From: Psilocybe cubensis
Lineage: Eukaryota
Reading direction: 5' to 3'
NCBI GenBank assembly: GCA_017499595.2
Contig: CM039010.1
Span: 434,001-498,000 of the forward strand
DNA length: 64,000 nucleotides
The notes under the pieces were generated by a model, which had not been told where the DNA came from, did not search any database, and was given only the letters and a program-made list of their open reading frames with translations. This document shows positions 1 to 12,383 of this stretch, piece by piece. The stretch's first letter is position 1, and each line of letters opens with the position of its first letter. Position numbers and translations under genes: made by a program.

Positions 1-763
1 AGAAGCGTTGTTGTTTGTGACTACTGGCCTGTCTAGCCCTGTCTTAAGGTTCGGGTACGCAACAACTGAAGCCTAGAATCCATAGATTCGAGGCAAGCGT
101 CATCACGACCAGCAAGCATATGACTATTTACTTGTTTGACCGTGTACGTGATCTTCACTAGTTCTTTAAATTGTGAGTGGAAAAATTCCCAAGATTTGTC
201 ACCTTACCTACAAGTGACAATATCCGGTAACCTAGGCGGTATTACGACGTCTCTCACGGGACTGGTCAGTGCCAAAGTGCCGTGCAAGTTTGTAGCAAAT
301 TTTCTGGAATGCCAGACCTTTCACCATCAGATTTATACTTGATTCAATTAAGTCTTTATATCTCTTATCGTTTTCTGTCTTGCTTGTTCAGCAAATAAGC
401 ACCCAGTGTTGCAAATATGAAAGTCGTTGTGTCTTCAATCCGCGACAGTCCGACAGAATTGTGAAGAATCAACTATTAATTAGCCTGCAGTTCAGTCGAC
501 AGGGAATTTCTTAAGAACGCCGACGACAGTCTCCACTGAGATGATCACCCTGGTCGACCTTCAGCCGTGGTCATGGAAAATTGAATTGAACATTCGTAGT
601 TCACGTCTCAGGAAATTCGAACGCGACTACTTTGATTTCGTGTGTTAATTGCGCATAAAAGAGGACAGCTCAAAGTCTGAATACTGCATATTTGCCATCC
701 ATGCCTTCTCTCATCGTTGACATCATTAATGCGCCTTTGACACAGCTAAAATCTATATCAGTA

Positions 764-2251
764 ATGCAAAAGCAGGCTGAAGCAGGCCTGATATGGATGG
801 TTGGAGCGTATGTTTTTTCATTGAGCTCTCATTCCGAGCCAGCTTGACCTTTCCCTAGGTTCTGCATTCTCGGATGGGAGTTCATCATTTGCTTTCCTGA
901 CGAGTATAGACTGATTTGGAGGCAGCCTATGAACGTAAGTGTATCGTTATGCGCATGGCTATGGTCCTTCTACTGATGAGACATAGACTTCAAGCGTCTT
1001 ATACCTCTGTGTGTAGCATGTGCTATCGAATTTGTGGTACAATTTTATGACTACAGTTCTTTATCAACAGGCAATCGATATTTTGGACTTGTCGGGTAAA
1101 TACTCAGTGTACCTGAGCTTGAGATCAACTTTGACTTATTGAATCATTCCTCAAGATTTTGTCTTGTGGTATCACTGACAACCGATGTATGGGGACCTTC
1201 TGCATGCAAACGTAAGGCATGCTGGCACCGCATAGCTGAAACCTCGTTCTAACGTTTCGACTGTATTAGACATATTTATTTTTGAGCCTATCAGTGGTCT
1301 GATATCCACCGTCATTTCTCAGATGATCTTGGGTTGCCGGGTATACGCTGTAACTATTCTCGCTGCATGGAAGAGATATAATAATGACGTGCCGGTAGCT
1401 GTTTAGGCAGAACAAGGCGATTGGTATTCTGCTATCATTAAACTTGTTGGCAGAGGTCATCTTCAGTGGAATAGCCGTCAGCCATGTCATCCCACCAATA
1501 CAGTCAACCACCATGCCGGATAATAATCCTCCATGCGGGGCAGTAGGCGGACCTTTTGAATGGCTTATAGTGTTTTGGGTAAGAAATTATACAGGGAATC
1601 TACTTTTTGCCCAACTGAAGTAAATCCATTTTCATCAGGCAGTACCACTGCTCTACGACACCATAGTTTTTCTGTATGTGAATCTGTAATATCAGAATAT
1701 TTATATGACATACCTTCTATCTTGATAGCTTAACAGCTTGGAAGGCGTTCGAATTCTGGAAGACAGACGTAAAATCACGCTTCTTTGAAATTATATGGCA
1801 CGATGGCTTCCTATACTTTTTCGCCATTCTCTTCATGAACATTGCAAATGTTTCAATTTTCCTGGCAGCCCCTCCGATTCTACGTGCAATTAATATTGCG
1901 TTTGTTTTCTATTAACTCTAAAATATGACAGTTAATCTGACTATATGATATATGTAAAGGCCTACGTTGATGTTTCAAGTAATTATTTCCTGTCGATTGG
2001 TTCTCAACCTTAAATCCTCAAGCGGCTCTCAACCAACGTTGTCATCTATAAACACAATGGCTGGACAAAAAGAAATACACCTAAAAATTGCAGTCACGTC
2101 GACGGTCCATGCCAACTCACCCCCAGAGGATTCTTTGCGCTCAAGCAATAGACTTCAAAAGCCCCGAAAGGGTGTGCAAGTATCCACTGGCAGAAATTGG
2201 TCGCTTCCTGCACATTTATGGGGAAAGGTTTCTTCAGGAAGCATAGTTTAA
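764..2251 (+). CDS. DUF6533-type multi-pass (GPCR-like) membrane protein, multi-exon
   Basis: Manual splicing gives MQKQAEAGLIWMVGA/FCILGWEFIICFPDEYRLIWRQPMN/TSSVLYLC/NRYFGLV... and C-terminal HGFLYFFAILFMNIANV...PTLMFQVIISCRLVLNLK. This matches the agaricomycete DUF6533 pattern (W[DE]xxxxFxDExxLIW; LYxxNRY; RLxLNL). Internal exon boundaries are approximate. Confidence 0.75.
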
Positions 2252-2894
2252 TAATAATCCAAGGTCTACGTCTTTGCAGAAGAATTTAAGTAATCCATGT
2301 CCTTCTATTCAAACAATTAGATTCGATGGAAAGAATGTTGCGCAAGTCCAATGAGTAATGTCAAGAGAATAGCGCAAATAAATCTAGATAGCGAATGATT
2401 CTCTGTCACTAAGTTCTCACTGTCGGGCATTTTTCACTCATTATACTGCATTTGCACGGGCGGCCGCGGCTGGTATGCGCGACGCTACTCGAAAATTTGT
2501 TATTGTATTTAAAAACCATATCCATATCTATTTAGCGACCTGTATGCCTGAGCGCGAACAGGATTCTTGTTCCTGTATTCGAGTATTTGTGTGTTACTAG
2601 TTGTAGTAGTAGGCGCTCGCCGCAGCCAATCATATGCCCGCAGTTGTGCTATAAACAAAGGGCATTGCCAAACACATTATTGCCACAAACAAGCCTTGTC
2701 GTAACTCGGGCACAACAAGACACAGACTGCCAGTGACCCTACATCTATTTGCCACGCATTTAAAGTCTTAAATCTCAGCTCACTTCGAACATATCGCTTT
2801 TAAACGCGAGATTGGTACCCTACATTTGGCTATGATATCTCAGTAACAGATATTCGCTGGTACTGGGCAGTCAAGAAAACCGACATCTGCAACA

Positions 2895-5800
2895 ATGGCA
2901 ATGTCTTTAGACCAAGTATTCTCAACAAGTATTCTCAACCTTTTAATTCCCGACACCTCCCTCCAATTTCCACCGGAGTCATCGACGGATGAATGGTTGG
3001 CAAATGCACAAGCAAATGCTGTAGAAAGACAGCAGGCTTTCTTCGGTACGAATTTATGTAATTTTCGACATTTCGGCGCATTTATCAACCCTAGATGAAC
3101 AGCTACACTCCTTGTTGGTGCTTCGTATCAAGAATCCCCCTGATGAGCCACCAGGTGACCCGTCGAACCCACCTGAAGTCATTCTCGATCTCCTTGCACA
3201 TACACAGGTGTCACTGGAGGCGTCGTATATCTCAGCCATTCCGACAGCTACAGACACTCCACGAACATCCAGACTTCTAGGGACTCCACGTACAGGTGCC
3301 GTAGGACGCCCGAGCGGCAGACTCAATCCACATCCTTCAATACTTCCTCCAAGCACTCCTAATCCTATGCCGTCAACTGCAGATCAAGATCGCAAATATT
3401 CTTCATCGGAAGGAACCATCTTAGTAGCAAACATCTGGGGAAACAGCACGAATGAGGAGACAGGGGAATCTTTTGCGCTTCTGTGGTCTGATGCAGAGGA
3501 AAGTTGGATAGCTGTTTATCGCATGGCCATAACAGTGTGTATGTTAATTTTTCTGCCTTAAATCTCTTTTTCTGATTTCTCTAGCATTTCTGAGGCTTCC
3601 TTTCAACAATCCGTTACTATGTCTTACTGTCTCAGCCACACTTCGCGAACGCCCCATACCTACTCATTCCAAACACCCCCTCGCTCGATTTTTGGCCTCA
3701 GTTCAGGAAAGACATTCGGGGACGACATCTCCTGAAGAACCGGCGACAGAGGAGGACGATGAAAAATTACTCGATGGCTTGGAAGAAGTCAATTTGTTAG
3801 AGGGACTTTTAGCAGGTATGTCGCACAGTATGGTGGTTGCATATCGCTAATTGTCAACAGGCCCGACTTTCGGAAAGACAGGTGCACCAGAAATCAATCT
3901 CCCTTCTGTTCGGCTCGGAAATGTCTCTCGACAAAAACTCTTTTCGTTAGCACCTGTGCTGGCGGAAACACCCTCTCAACCTTCGCCCTCCCCTATGACA
4001 GCAGTTCGCAAAGCCCATCCTACCCTTCGTAAATCCTATCGAAAAACTCTACAAACCGTCTCGGGTTTCCGAGTCCGGATGAGAACCGTATTTGTACCAT
4101 ATGTTCTCCTGCCTGAGACCGCGGGTACTATCGAAGATTTGGACGAGGAGAAAAAGGAGCAAGAACGACGCGAAGCTGGTAGTGAGGAAAAAACGGTAGT
4201 TCTTTGCGTCGAAATCGAGAATTCTGGTGACCTCGGGATGAATGCTGGCTTCCGGGTAGAACAGGTCGAAGTGAGCATTGGGGGAGAGGGCGCCAAGGCC
4301 ACGCTGATTGGATGGGGTGACTCGGGATTCACCCCAGATGCAGCTAAGCATACTTTCCCTCTGAGGATTGGACCTTTGGCCCAGTATAACCTGTTGTACG
4401 CGGTAACATTTTTGCGATCACCTGATGAGATAGACGGTTTCTCTTTTGCACGGAGTGTGAGCAATAACGCTATATCTCCAGAACTCCAACGCGCCGTCAC
4501 GATCACTATTTTTGGAAAGCCATATTTCCCTCCCTCATCTTCAAAAGTCTTGATACCGGACAGCAATACACTTTTATACCCCACGGAAACCTTCTCATCT
4601 CGTTGGAATTGCGTTTTGGATCTTGCAGCTCAGCAAGCCCAGCCAACTGAACTGCACGACCCCAGCGACCCTTTGACAAACTACCCCAATATTCTCCCAG
4701 AACCGCCTTCTCCATTCCCCCTCTATTCAATGTATAGTTCCAATCCAAACACTGGCACGCCCGGTGGAGCAGGGTACTCTGCCGGATCGACCCCGCAGTA
4801 TTCCGCTACCGCAGGCAGTCGACGATTCACACTTGTTCCTGGAGCAAACTTCGCAGGCCGTACACTGAAGACGTTGACGCCTAGCAAGTCACTCAAACCT
4901 TCTGAATTTAATCGTGAACCTTCTCCTCTGAACTCAGGAAGATTCTCGGCTATTGTTTCTGCCGCTCAGTACATACAGTCACCTACGACATACAGCGCTC
5001 CACCGCCCCCTCCCATGGCGAACACTGGGTCCATTCCACCGCCTTTGCAAATCCTACCGGAGTCTGATGACGGGCATGGAGGGACCGTGGGCATTCCCCA
5101 TGGACTGGATACGCCAATCACTCCAGCATACCCCGCGTTCCCGTCCAAGTTTGCCTTGCCACCTACTCCGACCTCGCAAGGGCCTATTGCATCATCAACC
5201 CACGGCAATGTAGGGCAAAGCGTTGAGATCCGCCGTGAGCGCGGGTTGCCTGCCGACTTTGGCGCTGGCGCTCCCCCGCAGACACCCCTCCCGTTCGTGT
5301 CCGGTGCATTTGGCGAGCAGAAGATGTTGGCAAAACTTCAGGGAGCCGGGGCAAGCGGCGAAAGCATCGTAGTTTCTGTTGGACTCATGCCACTGGCGTA
5401 CGATAGGGGCAACGGGGACGCAGTCAAGGATCTGGCACTTGGACCAGGGAAGATATATCCTCTTGATATTTTCACTCTGGATATATTTGTATTCAACCAG
5501 AGTCTATGGCCTAGACGCTTTGAAGTGACATGCCCGGAGAGGAGGAGGCGCAGGAGAGGAGGTGCAGAAACAGGGGTCTATGACGGAGGCAGTGATGCTG
5601 CACGGAAGATGGGATACCCAGGAGTGTTGCCTTTGGACAGTCGGATACGAATTGGGTATGCATTACATATGGATGCAATGTAATTAATCTCACAGCTTTG
5701 TACAGGCCTCTCCGCCCATCTGCCTGCCAGTCAGTCAGGATGGATTTCCTCGCGGTCTCGCCGGGCGTGCACTCTATCGACACGTTGACCCTGACGGATA

Positions 5801-5924
5801 TTGAATCTGGATTCTCGACGAACCTTCGGTGAGAGCGGATAGTATTTCACGCAGAATTGTACTGATATGATCATTTATCAGTTCTGTACTAGATATTGTG
5901 GTCCATGATCCAAATGAGAAATAA
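2895..5924 (+). CDS. TRS65: TRAPP II complex subunit Trs65-like protein, multi-exon
   Basis: ORF pieces 2895, 3112 and 3851-5683 join through GT-AG introns. The C-terminus FTLDIFVFNQS...GVLPLDSRIRIG/PLRPSACQSVRMDFLAVSPGVHSIDTLTLTD...NLR/SVLDIVVH resembles the Trs65 C-terminal domain. Stop TAA at 5922-5924. Confidence 0.7.
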
Positions 5925-6364
5925 ATATCGGCATTCTTTACTAGATATGTCTAATTATAAACCTCTTATTGCAAAGTCTTCAAAAAGGATCCCTCATGTG
6001 GACGGGAGGTTCCTTCAGCAAAGCGGAAGCTCCTCCGGTGAGATATTTCTGTAGATGCATCAACATGGAGGAGCATACAGAAACGGTGGTTCCACTTTTG
6101 TCTTACTTCTCAGCTGTCGTGGCCTTACAGTGGTACCTACGACGTCACCATCATAAACACTAGAGGTCGCTATGAATGACTAGCCTTGACACAACGTGGG
6201 CAAATAAAAGATGCCTCTCCACGCCTGTACTTCGATTAGGAGCTTTCTTCTGGGGAAAGTATCTGACTACTAGCTTCTTGTGCATCTGACCAGTCAGGTG
6301 AGAATTTCTTCACACCAACTATAAAGCCGTCTAATCCTTGTCAATCCTGATTTCACCATTCACC

Positions 6365-8077
6365 ATGAAGGCAGCACTGTTCTACGGACCTGGACAGGTG
6401 AGGGTTGAGCACATTCCTGAACCCCAGCCCAAGGAGGGTCAAGTAAAAGTCAAGGTGAGAAAATTGTACTATTCGTTTTTGGGTTTTGAACCGACCTCTC
6501 TGGTTTTGTGAGATTGCATGGTTTGTGTTTATCCACTCCAGATTCTTAGCCTAAATCCTACCTTTGTATATTCGACATAACAGGAATGGAAGTACGTATT
6601 TCATTCGACCTTAATGCTACGCTGTATTTTCACGTCACGAAGTATGCGGTAGTGATTTGCATGCATATCTTGTCAACGTCCCCAAGTACGCAACGAATGT
6701 ACCTGACCCGCTGACCGGAGAATCGCTACCCGTAACATTAGGCCATGAGTAGGGTGGATTTGTGAATCAAACGAAAATGTAAGGATCTGATTTCATTTCT
6801 TCACATTAGATTTTCTGGTACTATTATCGGACATGGAAGCGGGGTTGACCAAAACAAATGGAAACTTGGTCAAAACGTCGTAATGTGAGTCTCTTGATGT
6901 TGAACACTCTCAACTTGACTGCTTTGCCGTGGCACTTACAATCTATAGAGAGCCTGTCATTTCGTGCCTCAAAACGTCTTGTGGTCCCTGCGTGGAAGGA
7001 ACGACAAATCTATGCCCTATATCAACATTTATCGTTCGTATATTGCCACAATCTTTCAGTTTTATGGCCAGTATATTAATACGTCCTAACTCAGGGAATT
7101 GGTGGATGGGGTGGAGGTCTTGCAGAGTACATTGCAGTTGACACACGAAACCTTCATATCTTACCTGATGGGATATCACGTATGTTTAATAATTATGCTA
7201 TCTACAAATTATGTCACTTTTAAGTGCTTTTAGTCGAAATAGGAGCAATGATTGAGCCACTGGCAGTTGCCTGGTACGCTGTAAAGAGGTCCGGGTTCAA
7301 GGCAGGGCAAAGTGCTCTTATAACTGGAGGTGGCCCGGTGAGTTTGTATACACATGTATATTCCAAAAAATTTACAATTGTTTAGATTGGGCTTCTTGTA
7401 TTAAAGGTTTTAAGGTACCAGTTAAATCAATGCCTATCATCTTGTTATTTGCGATTGACCAAATATTAGGTCTCGGGATCCTTCCGCCGTCGTCATACTT
7501 TCTGAACCTGCTTCTGGTCGGCGGAACCTTGCATTAAAGCATGGAGCTACGTCTGCTGTAGATCCTACTGCTAAGCGATCGCCATCTTCTGATATACTTC
7601 ATGACACCGTTGCGGAGCTTACGAATGGCCGCGGAGTCGATGTTGCATTTGATGCCGCGGGAATTCAAGCAAGCATAGACGCTTGCCTGTTGAACTTGCG
7701 TCCTCGCGGGACCCTCGTCAACGTTGCCATCTGGGAAAATAATCCTACCATCAACATAAATCTGATAACGGGACGCGAAATCGTTATGACCTGTGAGTGG
7801 ACATCTCTGAAAATTTGATATCATCGCTTACACTCAACATGAAAAAGCCATTTCTGCATATACCGGTATTCATCCTGAACTACTGGAAGCAGTGGCAGCT
7901 GGAGAGATCAAGGATTTAGAGGATTTGATTACAAAGAAAATTCATATTGATGACGTTGTTGAAGAAGGTATCAAAGCGTTGCTCAACGAAAAGGACAAGC
8001 AAGGTATTCTCTGCAGCTTACCGTCGGGATTCATACTACTAACATTGTGTTCAGTTAAAATATTAGTGCATCCGTGA
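6365..8077 (+). CDS. Zinc-dependent medium-chain dehydrogenase (2,3-butanediol/sorbitol dehydrogenase-like), many introns
   Basis: Spliced: MKAALFYGPGQVRVEHIPEP...IAWNGICGSDLH...TLGHEFSG (catalytic Zn), CLKTSCGPCVEGTTNLC (structural Zn), EPLAVAW, ITGGGPIG (Rossmann), GVDVAFDAAG, ending VKILVHP*. Confidence 0.9.
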
Positions 8078-8302
8078 TCGAGATTAAGGTTGTGTTACCA
8101 AATGTTGCCAAACGAGGCTGTATAAAAAGGTCATTAAACTCTTCAATCCTGTCGAGGGCTGGCTTCCAAGTGTAAAAGTCAATAGCACTGCAGTCCTGTA
8201 AATGTATAAGATCGTTTTTGCAAGCTGTTTGGAGCTAGGATACTCACAAATTTGATTTTCGGACATCCCCAGCTATCAGTGCAGTGAATGTTTGGGGCAA
8301 AC

Positions 8303-8794
8303 TTAGGCTGAGTCAGGCGCCGCTTTCTTCAACAATGTTTGTCTTCTCCTTATCTCATTCTTCTCGGTTTGGCTGATTCGAGGGTAGTATAATCGGCCGT
8401 AAAGGTTCTTTTGCTCTTCAATTGACATATACCGAAGAATGTCGTAATCAGAGTCTCGCGTCATAGCGGCATCTCTGGCCTCTGTTGTGACACCCTCTAC
8501 GTAAAGATCTCCTCCAAGGTCCACAAACCACTGCAATTTGCTCGCCAACAACTTCTCTTCGAAATGTGCGAGGTACACCGTAATTTTATCTGGGTGGACT
8601 CCAGCGGTAATAAGATAGCGAAGTGATTCTGTGTCCATCCCTGGAGCTGGGCCAACTACAAAAGAATGCCCGGCCGCTATTGCTTCGTTCAATTTGGGAA
8701 TATAGTGCTTTTCGAAATAGCCTGCTGGAGGTTCAATGGGACCTGAAATAAAAGCAATTTTAGGTTCCTCCTGGCGTTCGACTGTGTCTGGCAT
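8303..8794 (-). CDS. Intronless 163-aa protein, probable SLOG-superfamily (YspA/DprA-like) nucleotide-binding fold
   Basis: Uninterrupted ORF with IAFISG, FVVGPAPGMD (GxxxGxD), ARDAAMTRDSDYDI (RDxxMxxxSD) and SQTEKN (equivalent to SGT). These motifs occur in the order typical of SLOG proteins. Confidence 0.65.
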   Translation of the reverse strand: MPDTVERQEEPKIAFISGPIEPPAGYFEKHYIPKLNEAIAAGHSFVVGPAPGMDTESLRYLITAGVHPDKITVYLAHFEEKLLASKLQWFVDLGGDLYVEGVTTEARDAAMTRDSDYDILRYMSIEEQKNLYGRLYYPRISQTEKNEIRRRQTLLKKAAPDSA

Positions 8795-8971
8795 GGTGGT
8801 GATGGGACAATTTTATTCTCTTAGTCTGCACTATTTCTTATAACAAAATGGCGACATCTAGAACCAAGAGCGCCGTTTGTTGCTGTGAATGTCTACTCTG
8901 AAACGCCAGGGCCCGAGTCCTCCGAACTGGAAGCGCTGCACACTAGGCGCACTGCCTTCGGAGCTTGGTAT

Positions 8972-9646
8972 TTATACTATCAATCCGACCTTTCGTTGCC
9001 TGTGCATATCTTGAAGTGGCGAAGCAGCTTCCAATAGGCTGTTTGCGGACAGAATGCTCCTGTGGCGTCTATATCGGATGTAGCAGAAATAAGTGCAAAA
9101 GATGATTAGGACCAATTCTGCAGAGGATGTGAGTGTAGATGCAAAGGCGGTCCAATAATTGTTCATTCGAGGAGAGCGGGTAGTGCATTTTGTCAACTGT
9201 GTATCAATGGTGCTGTCCATTAGGTATGCGTAGGAGCATATGGCGATTAAATGACTGGATCGATAAAGATTTGTCGCGCACATCGCTACAAAGCCGGTCC
9301 ACAGGCTCACGAGACCCAATGAATATGCGAGAGTTCGTGGGTAGCTTGGGGTTAAAGGAGATATGGACGAAACTTGGTGTTGCTGAAGCCATGCCAGGAG
9401 AAGTGTACCAAAATGATACGGCAGGATGAAAATATATGATAAAATGGCCAGTGTCAGGTATTTTGGAACTGGACCTGAGACCATGTTGTCGACGGAGGCA
9501 AATGCAACGGCGAGAGTGGATAAAAGTAGCGATGCATAAGCAACTTTTATAAAGTGTTGCGGTGTTTCATTCCATCTGTCCTCAACGAGAGTATGGGTGG
9601 AACCCGAATCAAGGAGTTCGTTATCGTGGTGAGCGCTGACAATCAT
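8972..9646 (-). CDS. Uncharacterised four-TM protein, family copy 1 (224 aa, intronless)
   Basis: MIV...DSGSTHTLV, four hydrophobic segments, LPYH, WLQQH, P-x-T-P, two-Cys loop, YW..ASTL.S.AE, basic stop-transfer RYRRHR. Alignable by eye to five other ORFs in the window. Confidence 0.85.
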   Translation of the reverse strand: MIVSAHHDNELLDSGSTHTLVEDRWNETPQHFIKVAYASLLLSTLAVAFASVDNMVSGPVPKYLTLAILSYIFILPYHFGTLLLAWLQQHQVSSISPLTPSYPRTLAYSLGLVSLWTGFVAMCATNLYRSSHLIAICSYAYLMDSTIDTQLTKCTTRSPRMNNYWTAFASTLTSSAELVLIIFCTYFCYIRYRRHRSILSANSLLEAASPLQDMHRQRKVGLIV

Positions 9647-10504
9647 AAGACGAGTAGATAGACAAGGGCCACAATTGGTTCGTCAAAGCTGGGGTCTTCT
9701 CTCTTTTCGAAAGAATTTATATTAGATTCAATGGTGCATTGTAAAGATGCTTAGATAGTTTCTCCCGAATATAGCTCATGGCACTTGAGAGAGTCCTTTT
9801 GGTGTGTCGCCATAAACCAACTTTGGAGGATGGTGGTACACTACTTTTTTCCACGTAAAAATGAGAATTATTTTAACCAAAAATGCCTAAACAGTTCAAA
9901 TCTCCATTCCCTTTATCTGTCCGACATATTCCTTGTTCAAGGTAAAATTGACAGGGGTGGCAACAGACGCGTCTTGCCGACGCGTTATATCACGTGCCCT
10001 TGGATGCGCTCCATCTTCACACCCGGAATTTGGCTACTTAACGTTTGGCGCCTACGTCGTCTACGTATTATTTGCTACTTGAATCACCCGAAGCCGTGAA
10101 ATAGAAATCGACGCCAATAATGTGCAGTGAGCTTTTAGTTGGAGAAATACAGGAACACATCAAAGCCCGGCATCTGCTGTCCGTCTTGGAAACGTCAGGT
10201 AAGTTTCAAACAATTGGTCTCATTGTACTATGATAAATAATTCACTACTTCGTATCCTTTTTTACAAGTAAAGCTTCACTTCCCGTTATTTATCGTGGTC
10301 GAAACAATACGAAGTTACAACACAATTAGCAGCAAGTTCGCGCCAAGTGTGTATAAAGGGGCATCCCGATTAAAAATACCGGCGTGGAACCATGTGCCAG
10401 AGAACTTGGCACGATCAACATAAATTATCACACGAATAGCCTCCCCGGGCCTCCACGGCCGCTCTGTAACTCGTTGCCACTCTTTTCCGCAAGCTACCAT
10501 CGTG

Positions 10505-11191
10505 ATGATTGTAGAAACTCGCCCGAGCGAAATATCTGATGTAGCGTCTGTGCGCACTCTCGTCGTCGTTGAAGATCAACCGGAAGAAAAGCGAGCTCCT
10601 CCAGCACATCTCGGAAAGCTTTTCTATGCCTCCCTTTTCATGTCACTTCTATGTTTCGTACTCATGCTCGTCGACAACATCGGAACGTATCCTCTGCAAA
10701 CCATCCCCACAATTCTCGCCTTCGTTCTACTTCTTCCACACCACAGTGCATCTCTCGTTCTACTATGGCTCCATCGTCGGCATCAAAGTGAATCCATTAC
10801 CATCAAGCTCCCGTTCACCCCTTACTCCCCCCGGGTTCTTGCCTATGCATTCTTCCTGATTTTTATGTGGACCGTCTCGACAGGGATGTGCGCATCAGAC
10901 CTCTATTTCAGCATCAGAATGCACAACTCTGTATGCACCTACCCACAGCGTCAAGACATTCCTTTTCAACCACTTTGTACATTATACCGTGTCCCCGTAT
11001 CTAGCTACTGGACATCAATTGCCTCAACTGTAGCATCCGCATTGGAAACAATCCTTATTACTTCCATTTTTATTTTGTGCTACCTTCATAGACGGCGAGA
11101 CAAGAAAGCGCTCACTGCACCGGCCTCCCCACCTCCTTCCTCCGAACCATCACCTCCGGAACCGCAGACAAAGGTTATATCACCATGCTAG
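10505..11191 (+). CDS. Uncharacterised four-TM protein, family copy 2 (intronless), divergent from copy 1
   Basis: MIVETRPSEISDVASVRTLV...LPHH...WLHRRHQSES...PFTP...YWTSIASTVASALE...LHRRR. TATA-like GTATAAAG near 10351. Confidence 0.85.
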   Translation: MIVETRPSEISDVASVRTLVVVEDQPEEKRAPPAHLGKLFYASLFMSLLCFVLMLVDNIGTYPLQTIPTILAFVLLLPHHSASLVLLWLHRRHQSESITIKLPFTPYSPRVLAYAFFLIFMWTVSTGMCASDLYFSIRMHNSVCTYPQRQDIPFQPLCTLYRVPVSSYWTSIASTVASALETILITSIFILCYLHRRRDKKALTAPASPPPSSEPSPPEPQTKVISPC

Positions 11192-11364
11192 AGCGTCTCT
11201 GGAGATGTTTGTGAGTCATAAACCTTGAAATTTTCCCTTCTATGAAATTTATGCATCTTCACAGATTTTAAGACGTATGTGGCCGTTGAAGTTCAACAAG
11301 GCAGAAATTTTCATCCGGAGGGGGCATTAACAAATGGGTTATGACTCGACTATATTCCGCCTCA

Positions 11365-12383
11365 TCACCGTTTACTCACAGCCTCCTTGCCACAAGATCC
11401 TTTGGTGTCACGTAGGAGTGTATTGGGGAGGCCGTCTCGAAGGGGTTTTTGATTCATGGGTATGCGATGCCGCCGACTATCTTCATCTCTAGATACGCTG
11501 TTGCCAACACCTACCATTGCTGCGAGCTTCGAGGAAGGGGCGGTTGACGTGGCCGAGATGAGGTTTTCGTTATACCTGGCGCTATAATTCGTGGTGGAAG
11601 GTGTCGACGGTGGATGCGCCTTCGAAGAACCGTAGCGTGATATTGGGCTTATAGTTTCCGGCTTTCGAAGCATGGAAAGTGGGACTGAGGAATCCTGCGC
11701 TACGACTCCGCTCGAACTGGCAGATGGGACAAATGGGTCGACAAGTTTACCATCAGTCGATGGTGCCCGTCGTTGGTGACGTCGAATGCGACAAATGAGC
11801 AACATAACGACTCCGATGAGTAGTATACCCCCGATAACAGTACCTACAGCAATACCTGTTAAATGAGGCCTAGTGGTCTACGAAGAATTCGATGGGCTCG
11901 GGGGTCGAATGTGATACGATGGCTGTGTCATATGTGGTACCGTTCTGTACAATCAAAACACATAAATTTAATTGTGTTTCGGTGTTATGCCCGTGGTATA
12001 TCACATCCAACCTGTGTTGCCCTGGAGGAAGAGTGCTCGTGTCGAAGAATAATTGATTGTAGCCAAAGCGCCGTTTAACTCAAAGGCGGTACAATTGCTA
12101 CCGGTCGTCGAACATCGATATAGCTACGAAATATATGTGCTGGGTATCAATTGCTTTAAACACTGGTCATTAAATCCTAGGCTCGTACACCAGTCGTTTC
12201 TGACTCAGCATATTTCGAGCTCCGCTCGGTTTCGTCAGAAACGGCTGGGCCAAACGGTTCGATTTTGGCAGAGTCACGCTTTGTCACGTCGGACTTGTTG
12301 AAATTCGAACAACTACATCGATTGCGAACACTACCCGTCCCCCTCCCCCTCAAATTCTGAATCCTCTGAATCCTCAATAACAT
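11365..12383 (-). CDS. Putative single-pass membrane protein (Mid2-like TM plus Ser/Thr/Pro-rich tail); 5' structure uncertain, possibly truncated
   Basis: The exon after an AACAG acceptor (~11856) reads GIAVGTVIGGILLIGVVMLLICRIRRHQRR...VDPF, a typical fungal single TM followed by a basic cluster. Upstream exons and the start are not resolved. Confidence 0.4.
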
